A stretch of 64,000 bases of DNA from Candidatus Methanomethylophilaceae archaeon (lineage in GTDB: Archaea; Thermoplasmatota; Thermoplasmata; Methanomassiliicoccales; Methanomethylophilaceae), in the NCBI GenBank assembly GCA_050944155.1, contig JBMNQN010000002.1, positions 1 through 64,000 on the forward strand, written 5' to 3'. The first letter of the stretch is position 1. Each line of letters starts with the position of its first letter. Made by a program: the position numbers and the translations under genes. Below are positions 1 to 9,900 of this stretch, one piece after another. The notes beneath the pieces were generated by a model. It was not told the DNA's origin. It did not search any database and was given only the letters and a program-made list of their open reading frames with translations.

Positions 1-1
1 G

Positions 2-110
2 TCCCCACCCCCTGATTTGAACAGGGGACCTGCTGATTTCGGCGGCTGTACCGGAAAAATCCGGAAACTCTCTACAGTCAGCCGCTCTGGCCAGACTGAG
101 CTAGGTGGGG
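2..110 (-). tRNA. tRNA-Tyr(GUA) with 34-nt intron at 37/38 (intron about 38..71)
   Basis: Minus strand CCCCACC...GGTGGGG-A acceptor stem with C1-G72, anticodon arm GCTGA-CT-GTA-G|intron|A-TCAGC, TTCAAAT T-loop. Confidence 0.93.
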
Positions 111-160
111 ACGGAGAGAGACTATAGACGCATTGTTTAAAATCATTTGGGTCTGAAAGC

Positions 161-907
161 TCATCCGATGTAGCCCAAATCGTCGTTGGAACAGCGGCTG
201 TTTTCCAGTTCTTTTACTTTCTGGTTCAGCTCGTCAATCATCGCGGCATGGGTATCCAGTTCCTGCATGTCAACTTCCACGCCGATTCTCTTTGCAACGA
301 TTTTCAGTACCTCCGAAGCGCTCTTGTGGTCTATGAAATAGCCGGAAGTTTCGCCCATCAGGCAGACGGAATCTATTTTGTACATCTGGCCGAAAGCCAG
401 GAACATGGCGCTTGCACCCACTATACCGCCTTTGGGTTCATGGGGTTCGAAGGTAACGCCGATTTTTTCGTATTCTTCCTTCAGTTCAATGCGGGAAACG
501 GCCCCGAACACTCTGGGTTCCGTCACGATTCCTCCGGTTCCGTATCCTCCGAGGGTCAGAATTTCCTTCAAATCGTACTTCATCATTTCTTCCATTATGT
601 CGTGGCATACCAGAAACTGCCCCTCCGGGCTGGATCCCTGGTAGTCGCCGAGAAGAAATACGATGTCTTTTTCTCCGGCTTTGGCGTGCCAAAGTTCGTT
701 TCTTGCGAAATCCGCGACCCCGTCTTCCCCTATGGTTACCTGGGGAGGAAAGTCGGGAGAATATATGCAGGCGAATCTTTTCGCGTTCAGCTTTTCGGCA
801 AGATGGTCCGCAGCTATCTTTCCCACGTTTCCGATCCCGGGAAGTCCCTCTATGAACACGATATCCGACAGTTCGGGTCTGAAATCATACCTTACTATAC
901 TTTCCAT
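161..907 (-). CDS. PAC2-family proteasome assembly chaperone
   Basis: EGLPGIGNVGKIA and GETSGY motifs; canonical position after nop10. Confidence 0.9.
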   Translation of the reverse strand: MESIVRYDFRPELSDIVFIEGLPGIGNVGKIAADHLAEKLNAKRFACIYSPDFPPQVTIGEDGVADFARNELWHAKAGEKDIVFLLGDYQGSSPEGQFLVCHDIMEEMMKYDLKEILTLGGYGTGGIVTEPRVFGAVSRIELKEEYEKIGVTFEPHEPKGGIVGASAMFLAFGQMYKIDSVCLMGETSGYFIDHKSASEVLKIVAKRIGVEVDMQELDTHAAMIDELNQKVKELENSRCSNDDLGYIG

Positions 908-1073
908 TTTCGCCGTAAGCCTCCTCTATGGCTTTTCTGCGGTATGCTCCGTACTTGTCTTCGGGAGAATACTTGGGGGGAACCGGAGAATAAGCGGGCG
1001 AACCGCACACCGGACATTCCGTTTTGTAAGTGTAGCGTCCGCATCCGCCGCAGCGTTTCATGCGTTCGCTCAT
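885..1073 (-). CDS. nop10: H/ACA RNP protein Nop10
   Basis: CxxC...YT.K..CPxC zinc knuckle, PPKYSPEDKYGAYRR; operon context. Confidence 0.95.
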   Translation of the reverse strand: MSERMKRCGGCGRYTYKTECPVCGSPAYSPVPPKYSPEDKYGAYRRKAIEEAYGENGKYSKV

Positions 1074-1074
1074 G

Positions 1075-1857
1075 TCATCTGTTCTCGCGTTTGAGAACGG
1101 CGCTTCCGCCGGCCGCTTCGAGATTGTCGATTGCGGCCGTAGAGACGTTTTTCATAATCTCTTCGGCTTCTTTGTAGTCCCCTGCTTTGACGACCACTCT
1201 GTATCTGGGACATCCCACGCAGGTTATTTCCACGTCGGAATCTTCTCCTGCCGCGAGTCCCGCTTCCAGAGCATTCTTTATGCGGACGATACCGTCGGAA
1301 GCCGCCGACGTCATAACAAGAACGCCGTCGATCTGAACGCTGGAAACGGCTACGTTTTCTTTCGCGACCTCTATGAATGTCTCAATCCACTCGCCGGTGA
1401 AATATTCGATGAAACCTTCCGGGTCGGCGACCACGGACTCGAACGCTCCGTAAAGAGTTTCGTAGGTTTCCAGAAGTTCGTCTCCGAACATGTCGTAAGC
1501 AGCGTCTTCCGTAATCGACATACGTTCGGCAATGATTTCAATGAGTTTCTCCGCCTTCTTCTCGTTTTTCCAGTGCTGGATTTTTTCCCTTTTCTGGTGA
1601 TCGTTGACGGATTTGAGAGAAAGATCGATCTGACCTTTTTTGGAGTCCACGCCCAGGACTTTGCAGACGATCTTTTGTCCTTCCCTTGTGTAGTCTCTTA
1701 TGTATTTTACCCATCCGGTGGCGATATCCCTGACGTGGACGAAACCTTCTTTGTCGTCGTATTCGTCCAATGTGACGAATGCACCGAAGTTTTTGACGTT
1801 CGTTACGGTGCAGACAACCAGTTCGCCGTTCTCGGGAAATCCTTTGGATCGGGCCAT
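1075..1857 (-). CDS. eif2a: Translation initiation factor aIF2 alpha
   Basis: N-terminal S1 domain (FPENGELVV...GAFVTLDEY...IDLSLK), C-terminal GCPRYRV. Confidence 0.96.
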   Translation of the reverse strand: MARSKGFPENGELVVCTVTNVKNFGAFVTLDEYDDKEGFVHVRDIATGWVKYIRDYTREGQKIVCKVLGVDSKKGQIDLSLKSVNDHQKREKIQHWKNEKKAEKLIEIIAERMSITEDAAYDMFGDELLETYETLYGAFESVVADPEGFIEYFTGEWIETFIEVAKENVAVSSVQIDGVLVMTSAASDGIVRIKNALEAGLAAGEDSDVEITCVGCPRYRVVVKAGDYKEAEEIMKNVSTAAIDNLEAAGGSAVLKRENR

Positions 1858-1858
1858 C

Positions 1859-2026
1859 TCAGCCGACCACCTCGAGCACTTCGCCTCTGATGTCTCCCAC
1901 TCCGCCTTTGGGGGCGATGAGGACGGAGCCGCATACCTGGCATCTTACCTGGGTTGCGGCTTTTCTGAAGGCAATCTGCTCGTTTCCGCAGTCCGCGCAT
2001 TTGATTTTGATAAAGTCGCCGGTCAT
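1859..2026 (-). CDS. rps27e: 30S ribosomal protein S27e (55 aa, below ORF-track cutoff)
   Basis: Manual translation MTGDFIKIKCADCGNEQIAFRKAATQVRCQVCGSVLIAPKGG...; lies between rpl44e and eif2a. Confidence 0.95.
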   Translation of the reverse strand: MTGDFIKIKCADCGNEQIAFRKAATQVRCQVCGSVLIAPKGGVGDIRGEVLEVVG

Positions 2027-2030
2027 TTAA

Positions 2031-2309
2031 TCACTCTGTGAGTTCGAACTTTTTGGCTCTGATACAGCTGGAAAGATGCGCTTTCTTGCACTCGGTGCAT
2101 CTGTATCTGATGTTCACTCTTTTGGTCGGTTTTTCTCTTCCTTCCGGTTTGGGTCTGGGAAAACCTCCGTAACCGGATGTTACTTCTCTGAATCTCCTCT
2201 GACCCCATTTGAGCTCGCTGGCCTTCTTCTTCTTGACTCTCTCTACGTCGTGCAGAGTGTGAGTCTTGCAGTAAGGACAGTAAGCTTTTATCGCCCTGGG
2301 CATTTTCAT
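2031..2309 (-). CDS. rpl44e: 50S ribosomal protein L44e
   Basis: YCPYCKTHTLH...GYGGFPRP...KPTKR...CTEC; GAGGTGA RBS. Confidence 0.97.
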   Translation of the reverse strand: MKMPRAIKAYCPYCKTHTLHDVERVKKKKASELKWGQRRFREVTSGYGGFPRPKPEGREKPTKRVNIRYRCTECKKAHLSSCIRAKKFELTE

Positions 2310-2649
2310 ATTAAATCACCTCGTCTGTTGAGACGAAACGTGTAAACATAGAAGACGTATAAATAAACTTATCCTTGAATAAGTGTCCTTTCTTAAGAAG
2401 GGATATACGTATGCGCATCGCATCGGATCCTCTGCAACCGCCGGAATTTTTTTACCGGATATCGGAAGGCGGTTCCGCATTTAACTCTGCGGCGGGATTC
2501 TGGCACATACAATTCTGCGAATGCGCACACCGTATCTCTGCAATTATATCAGATGTATGCGAAGTAATTGCGGATTATCATCGTGTCATACGAAGTAATA
2601 ATGCGTCGGACGCAGAAAGTTTAATTACGGATGTGCAAAATCGATTATT

Positions 2650-2997
2650 ATGGCAGATTAGAATGCCGCCCGGGCAGAGGACATGCTGGTTTTCCTCGGT
2701 ATACACAGGAATGCCGCAAAAATCTTTCTGCACATGGCGGTAAACGGCAGCACCACATCCGACGATTTGGAAAAAGCGCTGAACATGGGTCAGCCCAGTG
2801 TATCTACCGCGATAAAATTCCTCAACGATATGAATTGGCTGCGCACCGAGTTCATAAGATCCGACGGCAAGGGACGTCCGAGACACAGATATTCCCTCGC
2901 GGAAGATTTGGACACCACAATCGGCGAAATCGAAAACCTGGTCAATGAAGCGATATGCAGACTGAACGACGGTCTGGAATCCCTCAAAGTCTTGTGA
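2650..2997 (+). CDS. Winged-HTH transcriptional regulator (COG4738-like); probable start 2650 with in-frame TAG at 2659-2661 (ORF track starts at 2683)
   Basis: LGIHRNAAK...QPSVSTAIK.L...W...GKGRP..RYSL motif; ATG GCA GAT TAG AAT... in frame; TTTAATTA box at 2620. Confidence 0.75.
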
Positions 2998-3682
2998 TTG
3001 TTTTCACGTTTCCCGATTTTTCCACAACAACAGCCGCAGAGGCAACATTCAGAAACAGACCGTTGTCAACGACTCCGGGTATCACGTTAATCCTGGATTC
3101 CAGGAAAAACGGACGGTCTATGACTTCGAATTTGCAGTCGTAAATGTAATTCCCTCCGTCCGTGACGAATATTTCTCCGTCCTTCATCCTCAAGACCGCT
3201 TCGCATCCCTGCTTTTCCAGCGCGAATTTCGTTCTTTCGTACCCGAATCTCAGGACTTCCACGGGGAGAGGACAGACGGAACCTAGCTTTTCCACCAGTT
3301 TCGAGTCGTCCGCGATTATTATTTCTTTTTCCGTGGCGGCCGCTACGATTTTCTCTCTGAGCAGTGCGCCGCCGAGACCTTTGATTAACTGAAGGTCGGG
3401 ATCGATTTCGTCCGCTCCGTCTATCGTAACGTCGATCTTTCCGGTGCCTTCGAAGGGAACTACGTTGAGTCCGCATTCCCTTCCGATTCTGGCACTTATC
3501 TCCGAAGTGGAAACACAGGATATTTCCAGACCCTCCTCGGCAACCCGTTTCCCCAAGTGTTTTATGGCAAAGTATGCCGTGGATCCGGTTCCGAGTCCCA
3601 CGGTCATTCCGTCTCTGACGTAATCGTTTACCGCTTTTTCCGCGGCCGCTTTTTTCATGGAATCGCTGTCTGTCAGAACCAT
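2984..3682 (-). CDS. rpiA: Ribose-5-phosphate isomerase A
   Basis: GLGTGSTA, DGADEID, IKGLGGALLREKIVA motifs; start moved to the ATG at 3682. Confidence 0.96.
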   Translation of the reverse strand: MVLTDSDSMKKAAAEKAVNDYVRDGMTVGLGTGSTAYFAIKHLGKRVAEEGLEISCVSTSEISARIGRECGLNVVPFEGTGKIDVTIDGADEIDPDLQLIKGLGGALLREKIVAAATEKEIIIADDSKLVEKLGSVCPLPVEVLRFGYERTKFALEKQGCEAVLRMKDGEIFVTDGGNYIYDCKFEVIDRPFFLESRINVIPGVVDNGLFLNVASAAVVVEKSGNVKTITRL

Positions 3683-3795
3683 TATGTGCTCTCCGACGGA
3701 ACGGCTGCCGGAAACCCGTAGGAAAAGGACCCCGGCTCCGTTTTTCCGTTTGCGGATGGACACATATTAATTTAACATAATCTGTTGGAACGGCC

Positions 3796-4476
3796 GTGAA
3801 ATTGGCATCCCTGTTCTCCGGAGGAAAAGATTCCGTATTTTCCATGTATCTCGCGGTTCAGTCGGGCCACGAAGTCCCCTACCTTGTTACCGTAAAGCCG
3901 GAAAACGATTCTTCATGGGTTTTTCACGTACCCAACGTCGACACCGTCGGAGTTACCGCAGAGGCTCTGGGAGCGGAAACTTCGGAAGCGTTTACCGACG
4001 GAACCGAAGCGGGAGATATGAGGGCTCTTGCGGAAGCCCTCGGAGGCCTCGACATAGACGGGGTGGTCACAGGGGCGGTTCTTTCCGATTACCAGTCGGA
4101 CAGGATAAACCGCGTATGCGGAGATCTGGGTCTTGCCGTTTTTTCTCCCATGTGGAGGAAAGACCAGTATTCCCTTCTTCGCGAAATCATAGATTCCGGA
4201 ATCGAAGCGTACATAATCGGATATTACGCGGAAGGGTTCGATTCTTCCTGGTTGGGACGTAAAATAGACGAAAAAACCGCCGGAGACCTTCTCGAACTGA
4301 ACGGAAAATACGGCGTAAGCGTCATGGGGGAAGGCGGAGAGTACGAAACCCTGGTAACCGATTCTCCCATGCACGGGTATCCTTTGAAAATGCGTCCTTT
4401 CGAGAAAACCGTTTCCGCCCGTTCGGGAACCATGATTGCGGAGCTTATGCCAGACTCGGCGGGGAATAGCCTTTGA
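3796..4476 (+). CDS. dph6: Diphthine--ammonia ligase (Dph6, PP-loop ATPase)
   Basis: SGGKDS PP-loop, GEGGEYET motif; GTG start. Confidence 0.88.
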   Translation: MKLASLFSGGKDSVFSMYLAVQSGHEVPYLVTVKPENDSSWVFHVPNVDTVGVTAEALGAETSEAFTDGTEAGDMRALAEALGGLDIDGVVTGAVLSDYQSDRINRVCGDLGLAVFSPMWRKDQYSLLREIIDSGIEAYIIGYYAEGFDSSWLGRKIDEKTAGDLLELNGKYGVSVMGEGGEYETLVTDSPMHGYPLKMRPFEKTVSARSGTMIAELMPDSAGNSL

Positions 4477-6676
4477 GTCTCAGGGCGTTGCCAACCACCG
4501 AAAGCGACGACAGGGACATTGCAACGGCGGATATTACGGGCATCATAGTTATTTCTCCCATTCCGAAAATATACGGGAGGCCAGCCGCTACGGGTATGCA
4601 GACGGTGTTGTAAAGAAATGCCAGAAAAAGATTCTGCTTTATGTTTCTCATCGTCGCCTTTCCCACTTCCAGGACGGCGGGAATCGAACGAACATCGTCC
4701 GTCATGAGGACCGCGTCCGCGGAATCGGTTGCTATATCCGTTCCCGTTCTCACGGCTATACCAAGATCCGACTGGGTCAGGGCGGGGGCGTCGTTTATTC
4801 CGTCCCCCACCATCGCAACGTATTTTCCCTCGGTCTGAAGGTCTTTCACGATGTCCAGTTTACGGCCGGGGGAGGCTTCCGCAACGAATTCGGTAATTCC
4901 CGCTTCCGCGGAGACCGAACGCGCGGTACCGGTACTGTCTCCGGTAACCATCATCGGAACCGCTCCGTTTGCCGATATACGGGATACCGCGAATTCCGCG
5001 TTCGGTTTCAGGGGGTCGGAAACGGCAACGAGACCCAGAGCCTTTCCGTCTTCCGCGGCGTAGAAATAAGTTTTTCCGGCACGGGAGAATTCCGCCGCCT
5101 TCGCGTCGTAGGAAGAAACGTCCGCTCCGACGTCCTTCATCAGGGATATATTTCCGACGTAAACTGTTTTTCCGTCCATTCCGCACGAAATCCCCTTTCC
5201 GGTGTAGGACGCGAAATCTCCGCATTCCGGAACGGATATTCCTTTTTCTGAAACGTATCTTTTCACGGCGGATGCGATGGGATGTTCCGAACTGCTTTCC
5301 GCCGCCGCAACCTTTTTCATCAGCTCTTCCGGATTATCGGATACCACGTCGGTGACTTCCGGATATCCCGCGGTCACCGTTCCCGTTTTGTCCAGTATTA
5401 CGATATCGATCGACCCGGCTCTCTCCAGGGCCGAAGCGTTTTTGAAAAGAATTCCTTTGTTTGCTGCCATCCCCGTTCCCACGGTTATCGCAAGGGGAGT
5501 AGCGAGACCCAGTGCACAGGGACACGAAATAACGAGAACCGAAATGAACACGTTGAGAGAGAATCCCACGGATTTTCCGGCAATGAGCCAGGCGATTCCG
5601 GAAACAGCCGCTATCGCCATCACCGCGGGTACGAAAACCCCCGAAACCCTGTCGGCAATCCTTGCTACGGGAGCTTTGGTTCCCTGGGCGGTTTCGACCA
5701 TTTCTATGATTTGGTAAAGTACCGTATCTTTTCCGGTTTTCACTGCTTTCATGCGGAAACTTCCGGAGCCGTTGACGGTTCCGGAAAATACCTGGCTCCC
5801 GGGATTTTTGAGCACGGGAACGCTTTCCCCCGTAAGCATGGATTCATTAACCGACGAAGACCCGGAAACGACGTCCCCGTCTGCGGGAACCCTTTCCCCG
5901 GGACGGATCAGAAGAATGTCCCCGGGAACCAATTCCGAAATTTCCGCCGTGATTTCTTTCCCGTCCCGTATCACGGTGGCGGTATCTGGACGCAGATCGA
6001 TGAGTTTCCTGACGGCGGAGCCGGTCCTTTTCTTGGAACGGGCTTCGAGATATTTACCCAGGGAAATCAGTGCGATAATCATCGCCGCAGACCCGTAGGT
6101 CAGCATGGATGCGGATTTTCCGGACACAATCATCGCTGTGTTGTAAAGCGCATAAAGGAAAGATGCGGAAGTCCCTATCGCTATGAGAGAATCCATCGTG
6201 GGAGTTCCGCGGAAGAGAGCCGGAAATCCCCGTCTGTAGAAATTCCGTCCCGCATATATGACGGGTAGGCACAGTGCCAGTTCCGAAAAAGCCAGTGCCG
6301 TGCGGTTATCCGAGAGGAACGGTATTTCCGCGAACATGTCGGCAATAACAATGACGAACAGCGGAATGGTGAAAACCGCGGCGATAATCAGGTTTCTTTT
6401 CATCGCTGCCAATTCTTTGGCCTCGTTGGCGGCAACGGCTTCCGCATCCCCCTCTATTACGGAATAGCCTGATCTTTTTACGACCGCAACAAGTCTATCC
6501 CTATCGGTAACGCCGGAATCGTAACTTACCGCCGCTACGCTGTTGCCGAAATTAACCGACGCTTCGTATACGCCCGCGGCGTTGCGGAGATCCTTTTCGA
6601 TTTTTGCGGCGCAGGCGGAACAGGACATCCCCGCTATTCGCAGAGTTGTCCTCTCTTTTCTTTCAGAAGAGTCCAT
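4445..6676 (-). CDS. copA: Copper-translocating P1B-type ATPase
   Basis: GMSCSAC HMA domain, TGES, CPCALGLA, DKTGT, SEHP, GDGINDAP, YN and MSLSS motifs. Confidence 0.95.
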   Translation of the reverse strand: MDSSERKERTTLRIAGMSCSACAAKIEKDLRNAAGVYEASVNFGNSVAAVSYDSGVTDRDRLVAVVKRSGYSVIEGDAEAVAANEAKELAAMKRNLIIAAVFTIPLFVIVIADMFAEIPFLSDNRTALAFSELALCLPVIYAGRNFYRRGFPALFRGTPTMDSLIAIGTSASFLYALYNTAMIVSGKSASMLTYGSAAMIIALISLGKYLEARSKKRTGSAVRKLIDLRPDTATVIRDGKEITAEISELVPGDILLIRPGERVPADGDVVSGSSSVNESMLTGESVPVLKNPGSQVFSGTVNGSGSFRMKAVKTGKDTVLYQIIEMVETAQGTKAPVARIADRVSGVFVPAVMAIAAVSGIAWLIAGKSVGFSLNVFISVLVISCPCALGLATPLAITVGTGMAANKGILFKNASALERAGSIDIVILDKTGTVTAGYPEVTDVVSDNPEELMKKVAAAESSSEHPIASAVKRYVSEKGISVPECGDFASYTGKGISCGMDGKTVYVGNISLMKDVGADVSSYDAKAAEFSRAGKTYFYAAEDGKALGLVAVSDPLKPNAEFAVSRISANGAVPMMVTGDSTGTARSVSAEAGITEFVAEASPGRKLDIVKDLQTEGKYVAMVGDGINDAPALTQSDLGIAVRTGTDIATDSADAVLMTDDVRSIPAVLEVGKATMRNIKQNLFLAFLYNTVCIPVAAGLPYIFGMGEITMMPVISAVAMSLSSLSVVGNALRLKGYSPPSLA

Positions 6677-6887
6677 GTTTTATCTCTGCTCTGTATCCCG
6701 CATCGATTACCGTACGGACCAGCTTCTTGGGGTCCGTTTCGGACTCGTCGTAATGAACTACGGCGGTGCCTTTTTTCAGATTCACGGAAACATCCGTCAC
6801 TCCCTTCGCGGATTTCAGTGCGCCATCCACCTTGTCGGAGCACACGGGGCATGTCATACCATCGATTTTCAGCGTGATTTTTGCCAT
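6663..6887 (-). CDS. copZ: Copper chaperone (HMA domain)
   Basis: GMTCPVC motif, 74 aa, overlaps copA start. Confidence 0.9.
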   Translation of the reverse strand: MAKITLKIDGMTCPVCSDKVDGALKSAKGVTDVSVNLKKGTAVVHYDESETDPKKLVRTVIDAGYRAEIKHGLF

Positions 6888-6921
6888 AAATCCGTATCGC
6901 GGTCGTTATATTTAGGCGATA

Positions 6922-9900
6922 TCAGTTTCTGTTTTCTATCGCTTTGACGATTCTGCCTATCTCCCTTTCGGAATCTTTCCACATTCCGGGCGTCCAGACC
7001 CTGTGCATCTTCCATCCGCTGGCTTCGAGATATTTCTGTCTGTGGTAATCTCTTTCCCTTGCGGAACGGGACGTCTCGTAAAGATGGCTGTCGCATTCTA
7101 TTCCGAGGATGTAGTTTCCGTTCTGTTTCACCGCAAGGTCGATCTGATATCCTCCGATTCCCACGTGGCGGTCCACGGTGTACCCTTTGCGTATCAGCGC
7201 GTTGTAGACTCTGTCGGCGATGCTGCTTTCGGTTTCCATAATCGGAGTTTCCCGCCACCTTTCGTCGTTGAACGAATGGAGGATGCTGTCGGCCATTCCT
7301 CTGTCCCCGTCGCTTATCGCTCTTGCGTACTGCAGGTATTTTCTCAGAATCTTGGGTCCGGCGTTCAGAGTGTCGTCCACCTTCAGGTCTTCCGGGTCGA
7401 TGGACGTTACCACGTAGATCTGCCTTTTCGCACGGCTCACTGCAACGTTGAGACGGTTCTCTCCCCCGCGGTTGTTAAGCCATCCGAACCTCTGCATCAT
7501 TTTGCCCTCGGGGTTGGGAGCGTATCCTATCGAGAACATGATGACGTCGCGTTCGTCCCCCTGAACGGATTCGATGTTTTTGATGAAAAGACCCACGTCT
7601 TCCCCGTTGTCGAATCTTCTCATTTCGTCCGCAACTATGCGGCCGAACGTCGGGTCTTTGGCGCACTCGTCGTCCAGCATGTCGTTTATCAGGTCTCTCT
7701 GGGCCGCGTTGAAAGTTATCACTCCGACGGTTTCGTTGTTGCGCCTCTTGAGGAAGAACTCCCTCAGAAGTTCTATTATTTTTCTGGCCTCGGCTATGTT
7801 TCTGGTATTGTCCCAGATACCGTCCACTTTGAACATCTGAATGGGCGGTTTTTCGGTTTCCGCTATGTTGGGGGAAACGTAAAGACGCCCGTTGTAAAAC
7901 GCGTAGTTGGAGAAGGCTATCAGCTCTTCGTATTTTGAACGGTAGTGGAAGTTGAGCAGTATGGAGTCGTATCTGGCTCTTGCGAGATCCAGGAGACTTT
8001 CTTCTTCCAGCGCGGCGGAATCCTCGTCGCTTTCCGTTCCGTCGTATTCTATGCGTCCGGAACCGAGACTGCTGGGCCTCAGCTGTTTGTGGTCTCCGGC
8101 GATAACGACCTTTTTGGCTCTGTATATGGACGGAATTCCCCTTTCCACGTACATCTGCGATGCTTCGTCGAATATGACGAGATCGAAAAGTCCCATCCTG
8201 AGAGGCAGTATTTCGGAAACAACGTCAGGGGTCAGAAGCCAGACGCGCACGCCTCTGAAAAGTTCGTAGCTGTAACGTTCCACGAATTTGTTTATGTTCC
8301 ATTTGCGTTTGCTTTCCGCTATTCTGGTTATGTCGCCGTGTCTCTTGGATTCGGTCATGTTTCTGAGGTTTTCCCGGAAACAGTATTCGGCGGCGGCCCT
8401 GGAGTTTTCCATCTTTTCATTTATGCACACATCGATTCTGTTGACTATCCTGTCGAAGTCCTGTATGTACTGCATCAGATCCTTGTTTTCGGCATCGAAC
8501 TTCTGCAGCCGTTCGTTGAGAACGTATCTGTAAATCTGATCGTTGCATTTCTGGGGGCTGTACTTCATGGATTCCGAAAGTTCCATGAGAATCCTGCCGT
8601 AGGTTTTCTCATCGGGAGTCATGCGGTTGTACACGGTGCTGCGTTCGGAGAACATCTCGTAATCGTCCAGAGACGAAAGGAACGTCTGCGGGTCGTCTAT
8701 GAGATTTTTAACCATATCTTCGCCGAAATCGTCGAAACAGCGGGACAGGATTTCGGAAGCGGAAGCTTCGATTTTCTTCCTGCCCATGGAGCGGGAGATG
8801 GCGTTTTTATTTTTCCACGATTCGACCTTTTCGATGAACGCCCTCAGTATGGCTCTGGTCTCGTCCAAATCGTATTCCGTGAGATTGTGGCGCATGGTCT
8901 TTATCCACGGAGTTCTGGTCGCGCAGTCCCTGTATTCTTTGAATCCGCTTACGGTAATCGGATCGGAAAACGTTTTGTGGAGCTTTTTGATTTCCGGATA
9001 CGAAAGAGCGAGTATGGACGGATCTATTCCTGCCCTGAGCTCCCTGTACTCTTCCAGGTCGTGTCTGTCGCTCAGGTCGAGCCACCTGTCCATGGAATAC
9101 AGTTTGTAAGGTGCCAGACCGAAAGAATCGGGAGAATACATACGGTCGGCTATCCCGTTGAGAACGGCCACGTTACGGTCCACGGTTTCCGACAGTTCGC
9201 TCAGGTCGGCGTTTTTCTGTCCGGGAACGGTTTCCAGCATGCGGCGTATCTGGGAATAGAATTCCTCCTTGTCGCCGGCGTCGTCCACTATGAGACAGTA
9301 CTTCGACAGGGCTCCCAGTCTGGAATAAACCACGTCCAAAGCGGTTTTCTTTTCGGAAACCATCAGCACGTTGCGGCCGTTGAGAACTTCGGAAATTATC
9401 AGCCCGGTGATGACCTGGGATTTTCCGGTTCCCGGCGGACCCTGAATCACCAGTTCCTTGCTTTTCTGAATTCCGGTAAGCACGTTTTCCTGTGCGCTGT
9501 TGAGGGGATTGATGTAAATCAAGTCCTTTTCCGACGCTTCCATTCCTTTGGATCTGATTTCCGTGTCGGAAAGAGGGGCCTTCCCTTCGTCGTAGAAATC
9601 CCCAGGTTCCAGGTCCACGATCAAATCGTTCAGTATCTCGTTGATTTCGTTGCTTTCGATGATGCGGTCGAAATCCAGCTGTATGGAACTCGAAAAGGAG
9701 GGATACCGTCCCAGGACGATGTTGGGAACCATGTTCAGGTCCCCGGGCAGGTATTTGGGGAATTCTCCGTAGCGGTATTCCTCGAACGGAACGGGTTCGG
9801 GGTCGCAGGGTTCCATCGTAATTCCCTGTTCCGAATAGAATTTCAGAAGGTTTCCGAAGAAGTTCTCTTCTGTGTATCCTTCCACGGTAAGATCGGGCAT

